The translations under genes were made by a program, and so were the position numbers. Shown here piece after piece: positions 1 through 9,861 of a stretch of 64,000 nt of DNA; position 1 is the stretch's first letter; each line of letters opens with the position of its first letter. A model generated the notes under the pieces. That model searched no databases and was not told where the DNA came from. It was given only the letters and a program-made list of their open reading frames with translations. Source of the stretch: a virus; UHGV virus genome UHGV-0171999; one strand, 5' to 3'.

Positions 1-528
1 AACTTCTCTGACATATGACAAATAGTTTTCAAATGTGCTAGTCCATGGAATATCAGGAACATAAGCATTTATAGCATTTATTGCTGGAGTTAATAACGTG
101 CGATCCTGATAAATGACACCAAGCATTTCCTTTATAGATTCACCTGCATCAGGGAAAAACGGTCTACCAAATTTAAGATTTTCTATAGAATGAATAGTTC
201 CCAATTCAATAGCAATGATGTTATCACCCTTTGAATCTACTGACACGGAAAAATGCTTACATCCATAAATTCGTGTTTTAACATTATTAATATCGTTTGC
301 ATTAGCTACAGAAATCTGAATTATTTCATTTCCATCCATTTTTGTATGGATGTTTTTAGAATCATAAAACTGCAGCATTCCTTCATTTCGGCCATAAAGA
401 GAATCCCGCATAGTTAATGTGGTAATAGTAGCAGCTAATTCAACAAATCTATTATTACTCCAAGCGTCGTAGCTATCAAATAATTTAACGCTGAGATTTG
501 GATATCCAGGGCGTTGCAACATACTCAT
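1..528 (-). CDS. 27: baseplate hub subunit gp27, N-terminal 176 codons only (gene continues past window start)
   Basis: Minus-strand reading from ATG at 528..526 gives [23 protein letters not shown]...; ATG overlaps gp51 stop (TAATG); frame open to position 1; order 51 then 27 as in T4. Confidence 0.8.
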
Positions 529-1277
529 TATTGTTTATCCTTCTCAATCAGTTTTAATACGAATCCGCGCTCGGCAGGAATCATTTTCATTATTGAATTT
601 AAGCTATAATTACTTTTTACAAGTGTGTGATTAATTTGATAAAAAGTAAATATTTCATCTGGGTTAACTAATAGCTTAAACACATCTACTATATCAGTGT
701 ATTTTTTTACATACTTATTACAACACGACATATGCAATGTTAAATTAATAGGATTCATTGCATCAAGAATTTTTTCTAATGTTTCTATCTCGATGGCGTC
801 AACAAGCTCTATTTGACTTGATTCACTAATTTCCTTCCAATCATACCATGTTTCATCTACTTGAACAGAATGAATATTTTCAGTAATCATCTTTGCTTTA
901 TTTTCATAAAACTCAGAAGGAAACTTTAATTTAATTTTAACATTAGCTACATCAAAAACAGGTTCCTTTAATTCTTTTTGATATATTTCAAATGGAACTG
1001 TCTTTTCTTTTTTACATTTTGGACACACAAATGTGACCGGTACCTTAGTTTTACCTATTGACCCTACAAATACCTGCAAAAATATAAATGGTTGCCAAGT
1101 CTTCGGATAGTCTCCAAAATAATCGGCAATTAAATCAGCAATTATTTCTTTTTGTTCTTGTGGTGACCGATGTTCTATATCGTTTCGAACTAACAAAAAA
1201 TCTCGATAATCTTCTACCGTAAATGGTTTAAAACGATGAACACCATCTGGTAATTTACAACGAATAATGTTTGCCAT
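528..1277 (-). CDS. 51: baseplate hub assembly catalyst gp51
   Basis: 249 aa, ATG start, length and position match T4 gp51; late promoter motif upstream. Confidence 0.85.
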
Positions 1278-1294
1278 AGATGCTCCTTTTATTC

Positions 1295-1302
1295 TATTTA
1301 TA
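1295..1302 (-). promoter_or_regulatory. late promoter core TATAAATA (read on minus strand) for gene 51
   Basis: Plus strand reads TATTTATA about 18 nt upstream of the gp51 ATG; T4 late promoter consensus. Confidence 0.6.
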
Positions 1303-1306
1303 AATA
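1299..1306 (+). promoter_or_regulatory. late promoter core TATAAATA for gene 26
   Basis: TATAAATA 22 nt upstream of gp26 ATG, overlapping the divergent gene 51 promoter. Confidence 0.6.
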
Positions 1307-1327
1307 TGATAAATAAAGGAGCTAAAT

Positions 1328-1954
1328 ATGTATGAATACAAATTTGATGTGAGAGTTGGTTCTAAAATAATCAACTGTCGCGCATTTACTCTCAAAGAAT
1401 ATCTAGAACTTATTACTGCTAAAAAGAACGGTTCAGTAGAAGAGATTGTTAAAAAGCTAATCAAAGACTGTACAAATGCAAAAGATTTAAATCGACAAGA
1501 ATCAGAACTATTGTTGATTCATTTATGGGCGCATTCTCTTGGAGAAGTTAATCACGAAAACTCCTGGAAGTGCACCTGTGGAACTGAAATACCAACCCAT
1601 ATAAATCTATTACATACACAAATAGATGCACCAGAAGACCTCTGGTATACACTGGGTGACATTAAAATTAAGTTCCATTACCCTAAAATTTTTGATGATA
1701 AAAATATAGCCCACATGATAGTATCATGTATAGAAACAATTCATGCTAACGGTGAAAGCATTCCAATTGAAGACTTGAATGAAAAAGAGTTGGAAGATTT
1801 ATATTCTATCATCACAGAGTCAGATATTGTAGCTATAAAAGATATGCTTTTAAAGCCTACTGTTTATTTGGCTGTTCCAATTAAGTGTCCAGAGTGTGGA
1901 AAAACTCACGCTCATGTAATAAGAGGACTCAAAGAATTCTTTGAGCTATTGTAA
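1328..1954 (+). CDS. 26: baseplate hub subunit gp26
   Basis: 208 aa, Cys-rich C-terminal region, length and synteny match T4 gp26. Confidence 0.85.
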   Translation: MYEYKFDVRVGSKIINCRAFTLKEYLELITAKKNGSVEEIVKKLIKDCTNAKDLNRQESELLLIHLWAHSLGEVNHENSWKCTCGTEIPTHINLLHTQIDAPEDLWYTLGDIKIKFHYPKIFDDKNIAHMIVSCIETIHANGESIPIEDLNEKELEDLYSIITESDIVAIKDMLLKPTVYLAVPIKCPECGKTHAHVIRGLKEFFELL

Positions 1955-2352
1955 TGTCAAATATTAATAAGCTTTATTCTGACATTGACCCAGAAATGAA
2001 AATGGATTGGGACAAAGATGTTTCTAGATCCCTTGGATTAAGGTCAATTAAAAATAGCCTTTTAGGAATTATTACAACCAGGAAAGGGTCGAGACCATTT
2101 GACCCGGAATTTGGATGTGATTTATCTGACCAGCTTTTTGAGAATATGACTCCTCTTACTGCTGATACTGTTGAGCGTAACATTGAAAGCGCAGTAAGAA
2201 ACTACGAGCCACGTATTGATAAATTAGCAGTTAATGTAATACCGGTTTATGATGATTATACTCTGATAGTAGAAATACGCTTTTCGGTCATCGATAACCC
2301 TGATGATATTGAGCAGATAAAACTGCAACTGGCTTCTAGTAATAGAGTATAA
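1954..2352 (+). CDS. 25: baseplate wedge subunit gp25
   Basis: 132 aa, start overlaps gp26 stop, synteny with 26 and uvsY. Confidence 0.85.
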   Translation: MSNINKLYSDIDPEMKMDWDKDVSRSLGLRSIKNSLLGIITTRKGSRPFDPEFGCDLSDQLFENMTPLTADTVERNIESAVRNYEPRIDKLAVNVIPVYDDYTLIVEIRFSVIDNPDDIEQIKLQLASSNRV

Positions 2353-2378
2353 TGCTTCACGTATAAACGTGGTATAAT
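2350..2378 (+). promoter_or_regulatory. MotA-dependent middle promoter of uvsY
   Basis: MotA box TGCTTCA at 2353-2359, 13 nt spacer, -10 TATAAT at 2373-2378, upstream of uvsY. Confidence 0.65.
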
Positions 2379-2418
2379 GAATCTAAGTCCATCCAATAAC
2401 AATTGAATAGAGAACAAT

Positions 2419-2832
2419 ATGAAATTAGAAGATCTTCAAGAAGAATTGAAGAAAGATGTGTTTATAGATTCGACTAAATTACAGTATGAAGCAGCTAATA
2501 ATGTGATGTTATATAGTAAATGGCTTAATAAGCATTCAAGTATTAAAAAGGAAATGCTTAGAATTGATGCACAGAAAAAAGTTGCTCTTAAAGCTAAATT
2601 AGACTACTACTCGGGACGAGGAGATGGTGATGAATTTAGTATGGATCGTTACGAGAAATCAGAAATGAAGACAGTTCTATCAGCTGATAAGGATGTTTTA
2701 AAGGTTGATACCTCGTTACAGTATTGGGGGATTTTATTAGATTTCTGTAGCGGAGCTCTTGATGCTATTAAATCACGCGGATTTGCTATTAAGCATATTC
2801 AAGACATGCGAGCATTTGAGGCTGGAAAATAA
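2419..2832 (+). CDS. uvsY: UvsY recombination mediator
   Basis: 137 aa, N-terminus MKLEDLQEELKKDVFID..., length and context as T4 UvsY. Confidence 0.9.
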   Translation: MKLEDLQEELKKDVFIDSTKLQYEAANNVMLYSKWLNKHSSIKKEMLRIDAQKKVALKAKLDYYSGRGDGDEFSMDRYEKSEMKTVLSADKDVLKVDTSLQYWGILLDFCSGALDAIKSRGFAIKHIQDMRAFEAGK

Positions 2833-3071
2833 TGAGATATAGCATTGATGATGCTTTTAATTATGAAGAAGAATTCGAAACGGAAATTCAATTCTTAATG
2901 AAAAAGTATAATCTCAAGCGTCAGGATATTCGTATCCTGGCCGACCACCCATGTGGTGAAGATGTACTTTATATTAAAGGAAAATTTGCCGGATATCTTG
3001 ATGAATATTTTTATTCTAAAGATATGGGCATTGATATGCATATGAGAGTTATAAATAGATATATAATTTAG
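2832..3071 (+). CDS. uvsY.-1: uvsY.-1-like hypothetical protein
   Basis: 79 aa ORF, start overlaps uvsY stop, position as in T4. Confidence 0.6.
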   Translation: MRYSIDDAFNYEEEFETEIQFLMKKYNLKRQDIRILADHPCGEDVLYIKGKFAGYLDEYFYSKDMGIDMHMRVINRYII

Positions 3072-3082
3072 AGGAGACAATC

Positions 3083-3250
3083 ATGTCAGATAAGATTTGT
3101 GTTGTCTGTAAAACTCCAATCGATTCTGCATTGGTTGTTGAAACAGACAAAGGTCCTGTACATCCTGGGCCTTGCTATAATTACATTAAAGAACTACCAG
3201 TTTCAGAAAGTTCGGAAGAACAATTAAATGAAACACAACTTTTGCTATAG
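3083..3250 (+). CDS. small Cys-pair protein, uvsY.-2-like (55 aa)
   Basis: ATG with GAGGAG RBS; CVVC...PGPC pattern suggests a zinc ribbon; below the ORF-track size cutoff. Confidence 0.45.
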   Translation: MSDKICVVCKTPIDSALVVETDKGPVHPGPCYNYIKELPVSESSEEQLNETQLLL

Positions 3251-3273
3251 TGTGACCTTTAGTCTATAGTTTT

Positions 3274-3300
3274 GGCCCTTCCTTTTTGGTTGGGCCTTTT
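3274..3300. terminator. stem-loop (GGCCC/GGGCC) plus T-run between convergent uvsY operon and uvsW.1
   Basis: 5-bp GC stem, 13-nt loop, followed by TTTTTT on the plus strand. Confidence 0.45.
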
Positions 3301-3305
3301 TTAAT

Positions 3306-3536
3306 TTAAAAGCTTTCTTCTACTTCATCGTCTGAATCTTCTAATTCAGCTCTTTTTCCTGCCAAAGCATCTCTGACTGAGATGTCATCAGTATCTTTTA
3401 ATTCAGTTTCTTTAACTCTTTTCTTGTAATAAGCTTCAAGTTCTTCTAGACCTTCTAATGTTTGACAAGAGGCAATTTTACCCATAAATTCATCAATAGA
3501 AGCTTCATAAAGAAATTGTTTAAATTCTAGTAACAT
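3306..3536 (-). CDS. uvsW.1: uvsW.1-like small acidic protein
   Basis: 76 aa from the first ATG (ORF-track start at 3548 is TTG); GGAG RBS 6 nt upstream; C-terminus acidic. Confidence 0.55.
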   Translation of the reverse strand: MLLEFKQFLYEASIDEFMGKIASCQTLEGLEELEAYYKKRVKETELKDTDDISVRDALAGKRAELEDSDDEVEESF

Positions 3537-3561
3537 CTTTTTCTCCAAAGGGCCGAAGCCC

Positions 3562-4254
3562 TTATAAATTAACTGTTTTTCTAAGTATTCTTAGTTTGTA
3601 CATTGATAATCCAGTAGCTTTAGAAGCGTCTTTCATACATTTATATTTAACACCATTTACTTCTATAGGTTTAGCAGCTGGGTTATTAGCTCCTGAATTA
3701 TCTGGCATGTTATCTTTAATTTTCTGAATAGATTTAGCGGAATGTTTCCTTCCGTACATGCCGTTATTTTTACCCGATTGATTGATCGAATGTAATCTTT
3801 TAGCTTCTTCAGTCCATTTCGTTGGGTTCATTCTTTTAGTTTTACTAATTTTATTTCCCCATGTAATTGGACGACTTTTCATGAGTTTTGACATATATTG
3901 TTTATGTTCTTCCGTATGGTGTTTTCCGTAAAATGGATTACCTTCGCCGGATTGAAGTTCTGCCATTTTACGACGTTCCCATGCGTAAGATTTATTGACG
4001 TGTCTTTCATGAGTATTTGAATTCATTCCCATACATATAACGGCTTTAATTATACCATAATGGTTTGGATGAATTTTAGCTAAAAGTTTATGGGCTATAA
4101 AATGTTCTTCAGCCGTTAGTTCTACTAAATTACACTTATCATTTGTACCACCCATGCATCTAGGAATTATATGATGAGTTTCAGTGTATCCATTAAGGCG
4201 AGCCCGATTCTGGGCTCTATTAATTAAATTATCATATATTAATTTATAATTCAA
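3562..4254 (-). CDS. free-standing HNH homing endonuclease with NUMOD3-like repeats
   Basis: 230 aa; HNH core THHIIPRCMGGTNDKCNLVELTAEEHFIAHK; repeated G..YGRKHS/GKHHTEEHK motifs; no ATG in frame before the HNH motif, TTG start overlaps uvsW stop. Confidence 0.75.
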   Translation of the reverse strand: MNYKLIYDNLINRAQNRARLNGYTETHHIIPRCMGGTNDKCNLVELTAEEHFIAHKLLAKIHPNHYGIIKAVICMGMNSNTHERHVNKSYAWERRKMAELQSGEGNPFYGKHHTEEHKQYMSKLMKSRPITWGNKISKTKRMNPTKWTEEAKRLHSINQSGKNNGMYGRKHSAKSIQKIKDNMPDNSGANNPAAKPIEVNGVKYKCMKDASKATGLSMYKLRILRKTVNL

Positions 4255-5759
4255 AGTTTAACCTCTTTCATCACATAATTGAACTTCTCATCAGCATAAC
4301 GCTGAATACGATCAAGTCCATGTTTTAAAAGATAGTTTAAATGCGAGTATTTTTTAGAAGATGTTTTTGATTTAGAAACTACGCCCGCGTTATCTATGAG
4401 GTCCCAGACTGTTGCGATTGTTTTAGAACCATGCTTACGTAATACACGACCGATTGTTTGTAATACAATGATTTTTGATTTAACACCGTGTGCTAAAACA
4501 ACGTGATGCAGATTTTTAACTGAAATACCAGTAGAAAATACACCATAACTAGCTACTATAATTATTCCTTTACCGTTTTCAGCTAAGGTTTTCATTATAT
4601 TGCGGGTTTCGGTATCAACTTCCCCTGATACGTAATAAACTTTATCGTATTCATTTTTAATTAAATCGAAAATAGCTTTACCGTGCGATACGTGTTTAAA
4701 CATGACAAAAGCGTTTTCATCTTTTTGCGCAAGCTTAATAGCTAATTTAGCGATCCATTTATTTCTTTTACTGAGTCCAGTAATAATTTTTATTTCTTCT
4801 TGGTAAGTTTTTCCCTTTAATTTAGTAGTGAACTCATCGGGATAGCGAAGAAAAATACTATTAATTTTTAACTCAGTTACTTGTCCATCTTCCATTAATT
4901 TAGAAGTCGTTACTGGCTTAAATATTTCACCAAACATTCCAACATACTGCATGATATTAGCTTTGCCATCACGTAATGAACCCGATAGACCAAATTTGAA
5001 CATGCAGTTATTTAAACCTGATATGATAGATGAAATACTTTTTCCTGTAGCAAGATGACATTCATCATTCATCATCATTCCAAATTGTGAGAACCATTCT
5101 TTTGGTTGTTTTACTACAGTTTGCCATGTACCAACAACGACTGGTGCATCATTTTTATATTTATCATCTTTTGATGCTCCACCGCCAATTTTCTTTATCA
5201 TTGCGTGACTGAATAAACGATAATCAACAAAGTCATCAGCCATCTGAGTTGTTAAAGCAGTTGTTGGAACAATGATAAGAATTTTACCTTCATAATTTTC
5301 CAAATAATACCGAGCGAGCAAAGCTTGAATTAAAGATTTACCTGCGGATGTTGGAAGATTAAGAATTCTACGACGATTAACTAATCCTTCGAACACTGCA
5401 TCTTTTTGATACCAATGTGGTTCAATTCTTTTATTTCCTGAATAGATTTCTAACTTAGAAAGCCATTCATCGAAATCTTTTCTTGATAATTCTTCTTTTT
5501 CGTTAATCTGTGGGTCAATCCAGGCTTTATAGCCAAAGTTATCACAGAACTTTTTAATTTGCCCGACTAAGCCGAATGGAAGAAGACGATTATAATCTAA
5601 AAGACGGATTCGTCCATCCCAGTTGCCATATCTGAAGCGAGGATTAAACCTATATCCATCGGCCTCAAACGAAAAGAAATCTCTTAATTCGTGGAACGTG
5701 CTCTCTTCACAATCGATGCGTACATGACTGAAGTCGTGAAAATGTACTTTAATATCCAT
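4251..5759 (-). CDS. uvsW: UvsW SF2 DNA/RNA helicase
   Basis: 502 aa; Walker A LPTSAGKS; DEAH-type box MNDECH; length matches T4 UvsW. Confidence 0.9.
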   Translation of the reverse strand: MDIKVHFHDFSHVRIDCEESTFHELRDFFSFEADGYRFNPRFRYGNWDGRIRLLDYNRLLPFGLVGQIKKFCDNFGYKAWIDPQINEKEELSRKDFDEWLSKLEIYSGNKRIEPHWYQKDAVFEGLVNRRRILNLPTSAGKSLIQALLARYYLENYEGKILIIVPTTALTTQMADDFVDYRLFSHAMIKKIGGGASKDDKYKNDAPVVVGTWQTVVKQPKEWFSQFGMMMNDECHLATGKSISSIISGLNNCMFKFGLSGSLRDGKANIMQYVGMFGEIFKPVTTSKLMEDGQVTELKINSIFLRYPDEFTTKLKGKTYQEEIKIITGLSKRNKWIAKLAIKLAQKDENAFVMFKHVSHGKAIFDLIKNEYDKVYYVSGEVDTETRNIMKTLAENGKGIIIVASYGVFSTGISVKNLHHVVLAHGVKSKIIVLQTIGRVLRKHGSKTIATVWDLIDNAGVVSKSKTSSKKYSHLNYLLKHGLDRIQRYADEKFNYVMKEVKL

Positions 5760-5761
5760 AA

Positions 5762-6379
5762 TTATGCCTTACTAAATTTGCCTTTAGAGTCTCTTTTCAT
5801 GAGACGACCTTTAATAAATCCGTCGGGAATAATACCGTCTGGTTGTATTAATTTATTTATTACGCCATTATTGACCCAAAAAGTTCCTGTGGTAGTCGGT
5901 TTAACTTTACATCCTTTTCTAGACTTTCTATTAGGATGAACCATCCCTTTTACAAATCCTTCTGGAACAAGTTCTCCAGGTTTAATAAAAATATTTTTAG
6001 TTCCATTAGTGTAACAAGTTTTACCTAATACCGTTCCTGGTGAGTTTTCAAATCTTTTAGCGGAAGATTCTTTCATCTTTGCTATAACCTCTGTAGTCAT
6101 AACAATTCCACCAATTCCACCGGGTTTCATATTATAATAATTTTTGCTTTTTATTAGTTCAGGAGTTATAATTTCTTCTTCATACATGTACGCTTCTTCG
6201 GAAGTTTTAAACTCTTTTAGTATTTTTCTAGAGAAATTGTTTTCACCATATTTCTTTATAGCCTGCTGAATTGCCTTACCGGAACCAAGGTAACCATCAT
6301 TCAAGTCGTCAGTAGAATGCTTTCCTATATACTTTTTACCGTTTATTAGATTTGTTGTTTCATATACAAAGTGGTACAT
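5762..6379 (-). CDS. GIY-YIG homing endonuclease, seg family (segD/segE-like)
   Basis: 205 aa; N-terminal GIY-YIG module VYETTNLINGKKYIGKH; stop lies 2 nt before the uvsW ATG; between inh and uvsW. Confidence 0.8.
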   Translation of the reverse strand: MYHFVYETTNLINGKKYIGKHSTDDLNDGYLGSGKAIQQAIKKYGENNFSRKILKEFKTSEEAYMYEEEIITPELIKSKNYYNMKPGGIGGIVMTTEVIAKMKESSAKRFENSPGTVLGKTCYTNGTKNIFIKPGELVPEGFVKGMVHPNRKSRKGCKVKPTTTGTFWVNNGVINKLIQPDGIIPDGFIKGRLMKRDSKGKFSKA

Positions 6380-6407
6380 ACTATTTTCCGAGTAATAAAT
6401 ATATCTA

Positions 6408-6415
6408 TATTTATA
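6408..6415 (-). promoter_or_regulatory. late promoter core TATAAATA (minus strand) upstream of the seg-like gene
   Basis: Plus strand TATTTATA 29 nt upstream of the seg ATG. Confidence 0.45.
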
Positions 6416-6428
6416 CTGAGGAAATATT

Positions 6429-7109
6429 ATGATAGATAAAGATTATATTGCAGAGCTGAAGGCTCTTGATGATAATAAAGAAGCTAAGGCTAAATTAGCT
6501 GAATATGCTGAACAGTTTGGTATAAAGGTCAAAAAGAATAAATCTTTTGATAATATCGTTATTGATATTGAAGAAGCCCTCCAGAAGCTCGCTAGTGAAC
6601 CTATGCCAGAGACTGATGGGTTATCTATTAAAGACTTAATTGATGCTGCTGATGCCGCAGACGGATTAAAATATGACGATGAAGAAGTCAATCCAGAAGC
6701 AGCACTTCTGATTGATTCTCCGGTTAAATCTGACATTAAAATTGAAGTAGTAGAAATGGATAAAATTCCTGAAAATACCGATGTTTTGATTGAAGATACT
6801 CCCTTTGTTGAAGAAAAGTTTGAACAGGCTGTAGCTGAGATTATTGAATCTGAAAAGACGTCTGTATTTACTCTTCCGGAAAACTTTAGTCCGAATCTTC
6901 AGCTGATTGGAAAAAATCCAGGATTCTGTACTGTTCCTTGGTGGATTTACCAGTGGATTGCTGAAACCCCGGATTGGAAATCTCACCCAACTAGTTTTGA
7001 ACATGCGTCGGCACACCAAACTTTATTTAGCTTAATTTATTACATTAATCGCGACGGATCAGTTCTAATTCGTGAAACACGCAATTCTTCTTTCGTAACA
7101 TTAAAATAA
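6429..7109 (+). CDS. inh: Inh, inhibitor of prohead protease
   Basis: 226 aa, acidic, immediately upstream of hoc as in T4. Confidence 0.8.
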   Translation: MIDKDYIAELKALDDNKEAKAKLAEYAEQFGIKVKKNKSFDNIVIDIEEALQKLASEPMPETDGLSIKDLIDAADAADGLKYDDEEVNPEAALLIDSPVKSDIKIEVVEMDKIPENTDVLIEDTPFVEEKFEQAVAEIIESEKTSVFTLPENFSPNLQLIGKNPGFCTVPWWIYQWIAETPDWKSHPTSFEHASAHQTLFSLIYYINRDGSVLIRETRNSSFVTLK

Positions 7110-7118
7110 GGATAACTT

Positions 7119-8249
7119 ATGGCTTTTACAGTTGATATAACTCCTAAAACACCTACTGGAGTTATAGATCAGACTCAGCAGTTTACTGCTACACCCAGTG
7201 ATCAAACTGGAGATGGACCTATTACATATGCTTGGACTGTAGATGATGTTCCACAAGATGGAGCTGAAGCAACTTTTAGTTATGTACTAAAAGGACCTGC
7301 CGGTAAAAAAACTATTAAAGTAGTTGCAACCAATCAAGTTGCAGAATCTGAACCTGAAACAGCAGAAGCTACTACAACTATCACAGTTCAAAATAAGACA
7401 CAGACAACTACCTTAGTTGTAACTCCTGATAGTCCTGCTGCTGGAGTGATTGGAACTCCTGTTCAATTTACTGCCGCCTTAGCTTCTCAACCATCAGGCG
7501 CATCTGCTACGTATCAATGGTATGTTGATGACTCTCAGGCTAGTGGGGAAACTAACTCTACATTTAGCTATACTCCAACTACAAGTGGAGTAAAAAGAAT
7601 TAAATGTGTAGCCCAAGTAACCGCGACAGATTATGATGCACTGAGCGTTACTTCTAATGAAGTATCACTGACTGTTAATAAGAAGACAATGAATCCACAG
7701 GTTACATTGACTCCTCCTTCTATTAACGTTCAGCAAGATGCTTCGGCTACGTTTACTGCTAATGTAACTGATGCTCCAGAAGAAGCGCAAATTGCGTATT
7801 CATGGAAGAAAGATTCTTCTCTTGTAGAAGGGTTAACTAATGTATATACCGTTGATACATCATCTATTGGAAGTCAAACTATTGAAGTTACTGCAACTGT
7901 TACTGCAACTGATTATGATAGCAAAACTATCACAGCAGAAGGTCAAGTTCAGGTAACTGATAAAGTTGCTCCAGAACCAGAAGGTGAATTGCCTTATGTT
8001 CATCCTCTTCCACATCGTACTTCAGCTTATATCTGGTGCGGTTGGTGGGTTATGGATGAAATCCAAAAAATGACCGAAGAAGGTAAAGATTGGAAAACTG
8101 AAGATCCAGATAGTAAATACTACCTGCATCGTTACACTCTTCAGAAGATGATGAAAGACTATCCGGAAGTTGATGTTCAAGAATCACGTAATGGATACAT
8201 CATTCATAAAACTGCTTTAGAAACTGGTATCATCTATACCTATCCATAA
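7119..8249 (+). CDS. hoc: Hoc, highly immunogenic outer capsid protein
   Basis: 376 aa; repeated Ig-like segments (VTATDYD motifs); length matches T4 Hoc. Confidence 0.9.
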   Translation: MAFTVDITPKTPTGVIDQTQQFTATPSDQTGDGPITYAWTVDDVPQDGAEATFSYVLKGPAGKKTIKVVATNQVAESEPETAEATTTITVQNKTQTTTLVVTPDSPAAGVIGTPVQFTAALASQPSGASATYQWYVDDSQASGETNSTFSYTPTTSGVKRIKCVAQVTATDYDALSVTSNEVSLTVNKKTMNPQVTLTPPSINVQQDASATFTANVTDAPEEAQIAYSWKKDSSLVEGLTNVYTVDTSSIGSQTIEVTATVTATDYDSKTITAEGQVQVTDKVAPEPEGELPYVHPLPHRTSAYIWCGWWVMDEIQKMTEEGKDWKTEDPDSKYYLHRYTLQKMMKDYPEVDVQESRNGYIIHKTALETGIIYTYP

Positions 8250-8253
8250 TCTC

Positions 8254-8275
8254 AGGGGCTTCGGCCCCTTTCTTC
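8254..8275 (+). terminator. rho-independent terminator after hoc
   Basis: AGGGGC-TTCG-GCCCCT hairpin followed by T-rich run. Confidence 0.6.
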
Positions 8276-8337
8276 ATTTTGAAAGCACACAAAACATAAT
8301 CAGAAAATGATGTATATAATGGCACCAACTCGATAAC

Positions 8338-8553
8338 ATGAGATTGATTATGAGAACTGAGGTTGTGGTGTTTACTCTTCATGAGTCTGGAAAGTCATTC
8401 ATTGAAATTGCTCGTGAATTAAACTTACAGGCGAAAGAAGTGGCTGTATTATGGGCTCGAGCTATGACTGCTAAGAATAAATTTGAAACCCGAGAAAAAG
8501 TTGTCTATAGAAAAAGGCATATTAATAAAAAGGTGAATAATGGAACAGTATGA
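8338..8553 (+). CDS. 24.3-like small protein with helix-turn-helix-like segment
   Basis: 71 aa ORF with ATG; segment SFIEIARELNLQAKEVAVLWARA resembles an HTH; position as T4 24.3. Confidence 0.5.
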   Translation: MRLIMRTEVVVFTLHESGKSFIEIARELNLQAKEVAVLWARAMTAKNKFETREKVVYRKRHINKKVNNGTV

Positions 8554-8818
8554 TCTTTATGAAAATGAATCTTTTGCTAATCAATTACGCGAAAAAGCAC
8601 TTAAAAGTAAACAGTTTAAACTAGAGTGTTTTATTAAAGATTTTTCGGAACTTGCTAATAAAGCAGCTGAACAAGGTAAAACACATTTTAGTTATTATTG
8701 TACTGCTCGCGATAAATTGATTACTGAAGAAATTGGTGATTGGCTGAGAAAAGAAGGATTTAGCTTTAAAGTCAATAGTGATCAGCGTGATGGTGATTGG
8801 TTAGAAATTACATTTTGA
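8540..8818 (+). CDS. 24.2-like hypothetical protein
   Basis: 92 aa ORF with RBS, between 24.3-like ORF and rnlB. Confidence 0.5.
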   Translation: MEQYDLYENESFANQLREKALKSKQFKLECFIKDFSELANKAAEQGKTHFSYYCTARDKLITEEIGDWLRKEGFSFKVNSDQRDGDWLEITF

Positions 8819-8827
8819 GGATTAATT

Positions 8828-9832
8828 ATGTTTAAAAAGTATAGCAGTCTTGAAAATCATTACAATTCTAAATTTATTGAAAAACTTTACAGTTTAGGAT
8901 TGACTGGCGGCGAATGGGTAGCTCGTGAAAAGATTCACGGTACAAATTTCTCATTGATTATTGAGCGTGATAAAGCAACTTGTGCTAAACGCACTGGTCC
9001 TATTCTTCCTGCTGAAGATTTCTTTGGGTATGAAATTATTTTGAAGAATTACGCTGATTCCATTAAAGCAGTACAAGATATTATGGAAACTTCGGCAGTT
9101 GTATCTTATCAAGTCTTCGGCGAATTCGCTGGACCTGGCATTCAGAAGAATGTCGATTATGGTGATAAAGATTTTTATGTATTTGACATTATTGTTACTA
9201 CAGAAAGTGGTGATGTGACTTATGTCGATGATTATATGATGGAATCATTCTGTAATACATTCAGATTTAAAATGGCTCCACTTTTGGGTCGTGGTAAATT
9301 TGAAGAACTTATTAAATTGCCAAATGATTTAGATTCTGTCGTCCAGGATTATAATTTTACGGTAGACCACGCTGGATTAGTTGATGCAAATAAATGCGTT
9401 TGGAATGCTGAAGCAAAAGGCGAAGTATTTACTGCTGAAGGATATGTATTGAAACCTTGTTATCCTTCTTGGATGCCTAACGGAAATCGCGTAGCGATTA
9501 AATGCAAGAACTCTAAATTTAGCGAAAAGAAAAAGTCTGATAAGCCTATTAAAGCTAAAGTTGAGCTGTCAGAAGCTGATAATAAATTGCTGGGAATTTT
9601 AGCTTGTTACGTTACACTGAACCGAGTAAATAACGTTATTTCTAAAATTGGCGAAATTGGTCCAAAAGATTTTGGAAAGGTGATGGGACTAACTGTTCAA
9701 GATATTTTGGAAGAAACTTCTCGTGAAGGTATTACTCTAACTCAAGCGGATAATCCTTCTTTGATTAAAAAGGAATTAGTTAAAATGGTACAAGATGTAC
9801 TTCGTCCGGCTTGGATTGAATTGGTAAGTTAA
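8828..9832 (+). CDS. rnlB: RNA ligase 2
   Basis: 334 aa; ligase motif I KIHGTN near N-terminus; length and position match T4 Rnl2. Confidence 0.9.
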   Translation: MFKKYSSLENHYNSKFIEKLYSLGLTGGEWVAREKIHGTNFSLIIERDKATCAKRTGPILPAEDFFGYEIILKNYADSIKAVQDIMETSAVVSYQVFGEFAGPGIQKNVDYGDKDFYVFDIIVTTESGDVTYVDDYMMESFCNTFRFKMAPLLGRGKFEELIKLPNDLDSVVQDYNFTVDHAGLVDANKCVWNAEAKGEVFTAEGYVLKPCYPSWMPNGNRVAIKCKNSKFSEKKKSDKPIKAKVELSEADNKLLGILACYVTLNRVNNVISKIGEIGPKDFGKVMGLTVQDILEETSREGITLTQADNPSLIKKELVKMVQDVLRPAWIELVS

Positions 9833-9836
9833 ATAA

Positions 9837-9858
9837 AAAGGGACCGAAAGGTCCCTTT
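9837..9858. terminator. bidirectional terminator hairpin between convergent rnlB and gene 24
   Basis: AAAGGGACC-GAAA-GGTCCCTTT with T-runs on both sides. Confidence 0.65.
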
Positions 9859-9861
9859 GTT

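Noticed and set aside
3548-3563. Hairpin AAGGGC-CGAA-GCCCTT as a terminator between the HNH gene and uvsW.1
   Set aside because: It is not followed by a T-run on the transcribed (minus) strand; more likely a translational or RNA-processing structure
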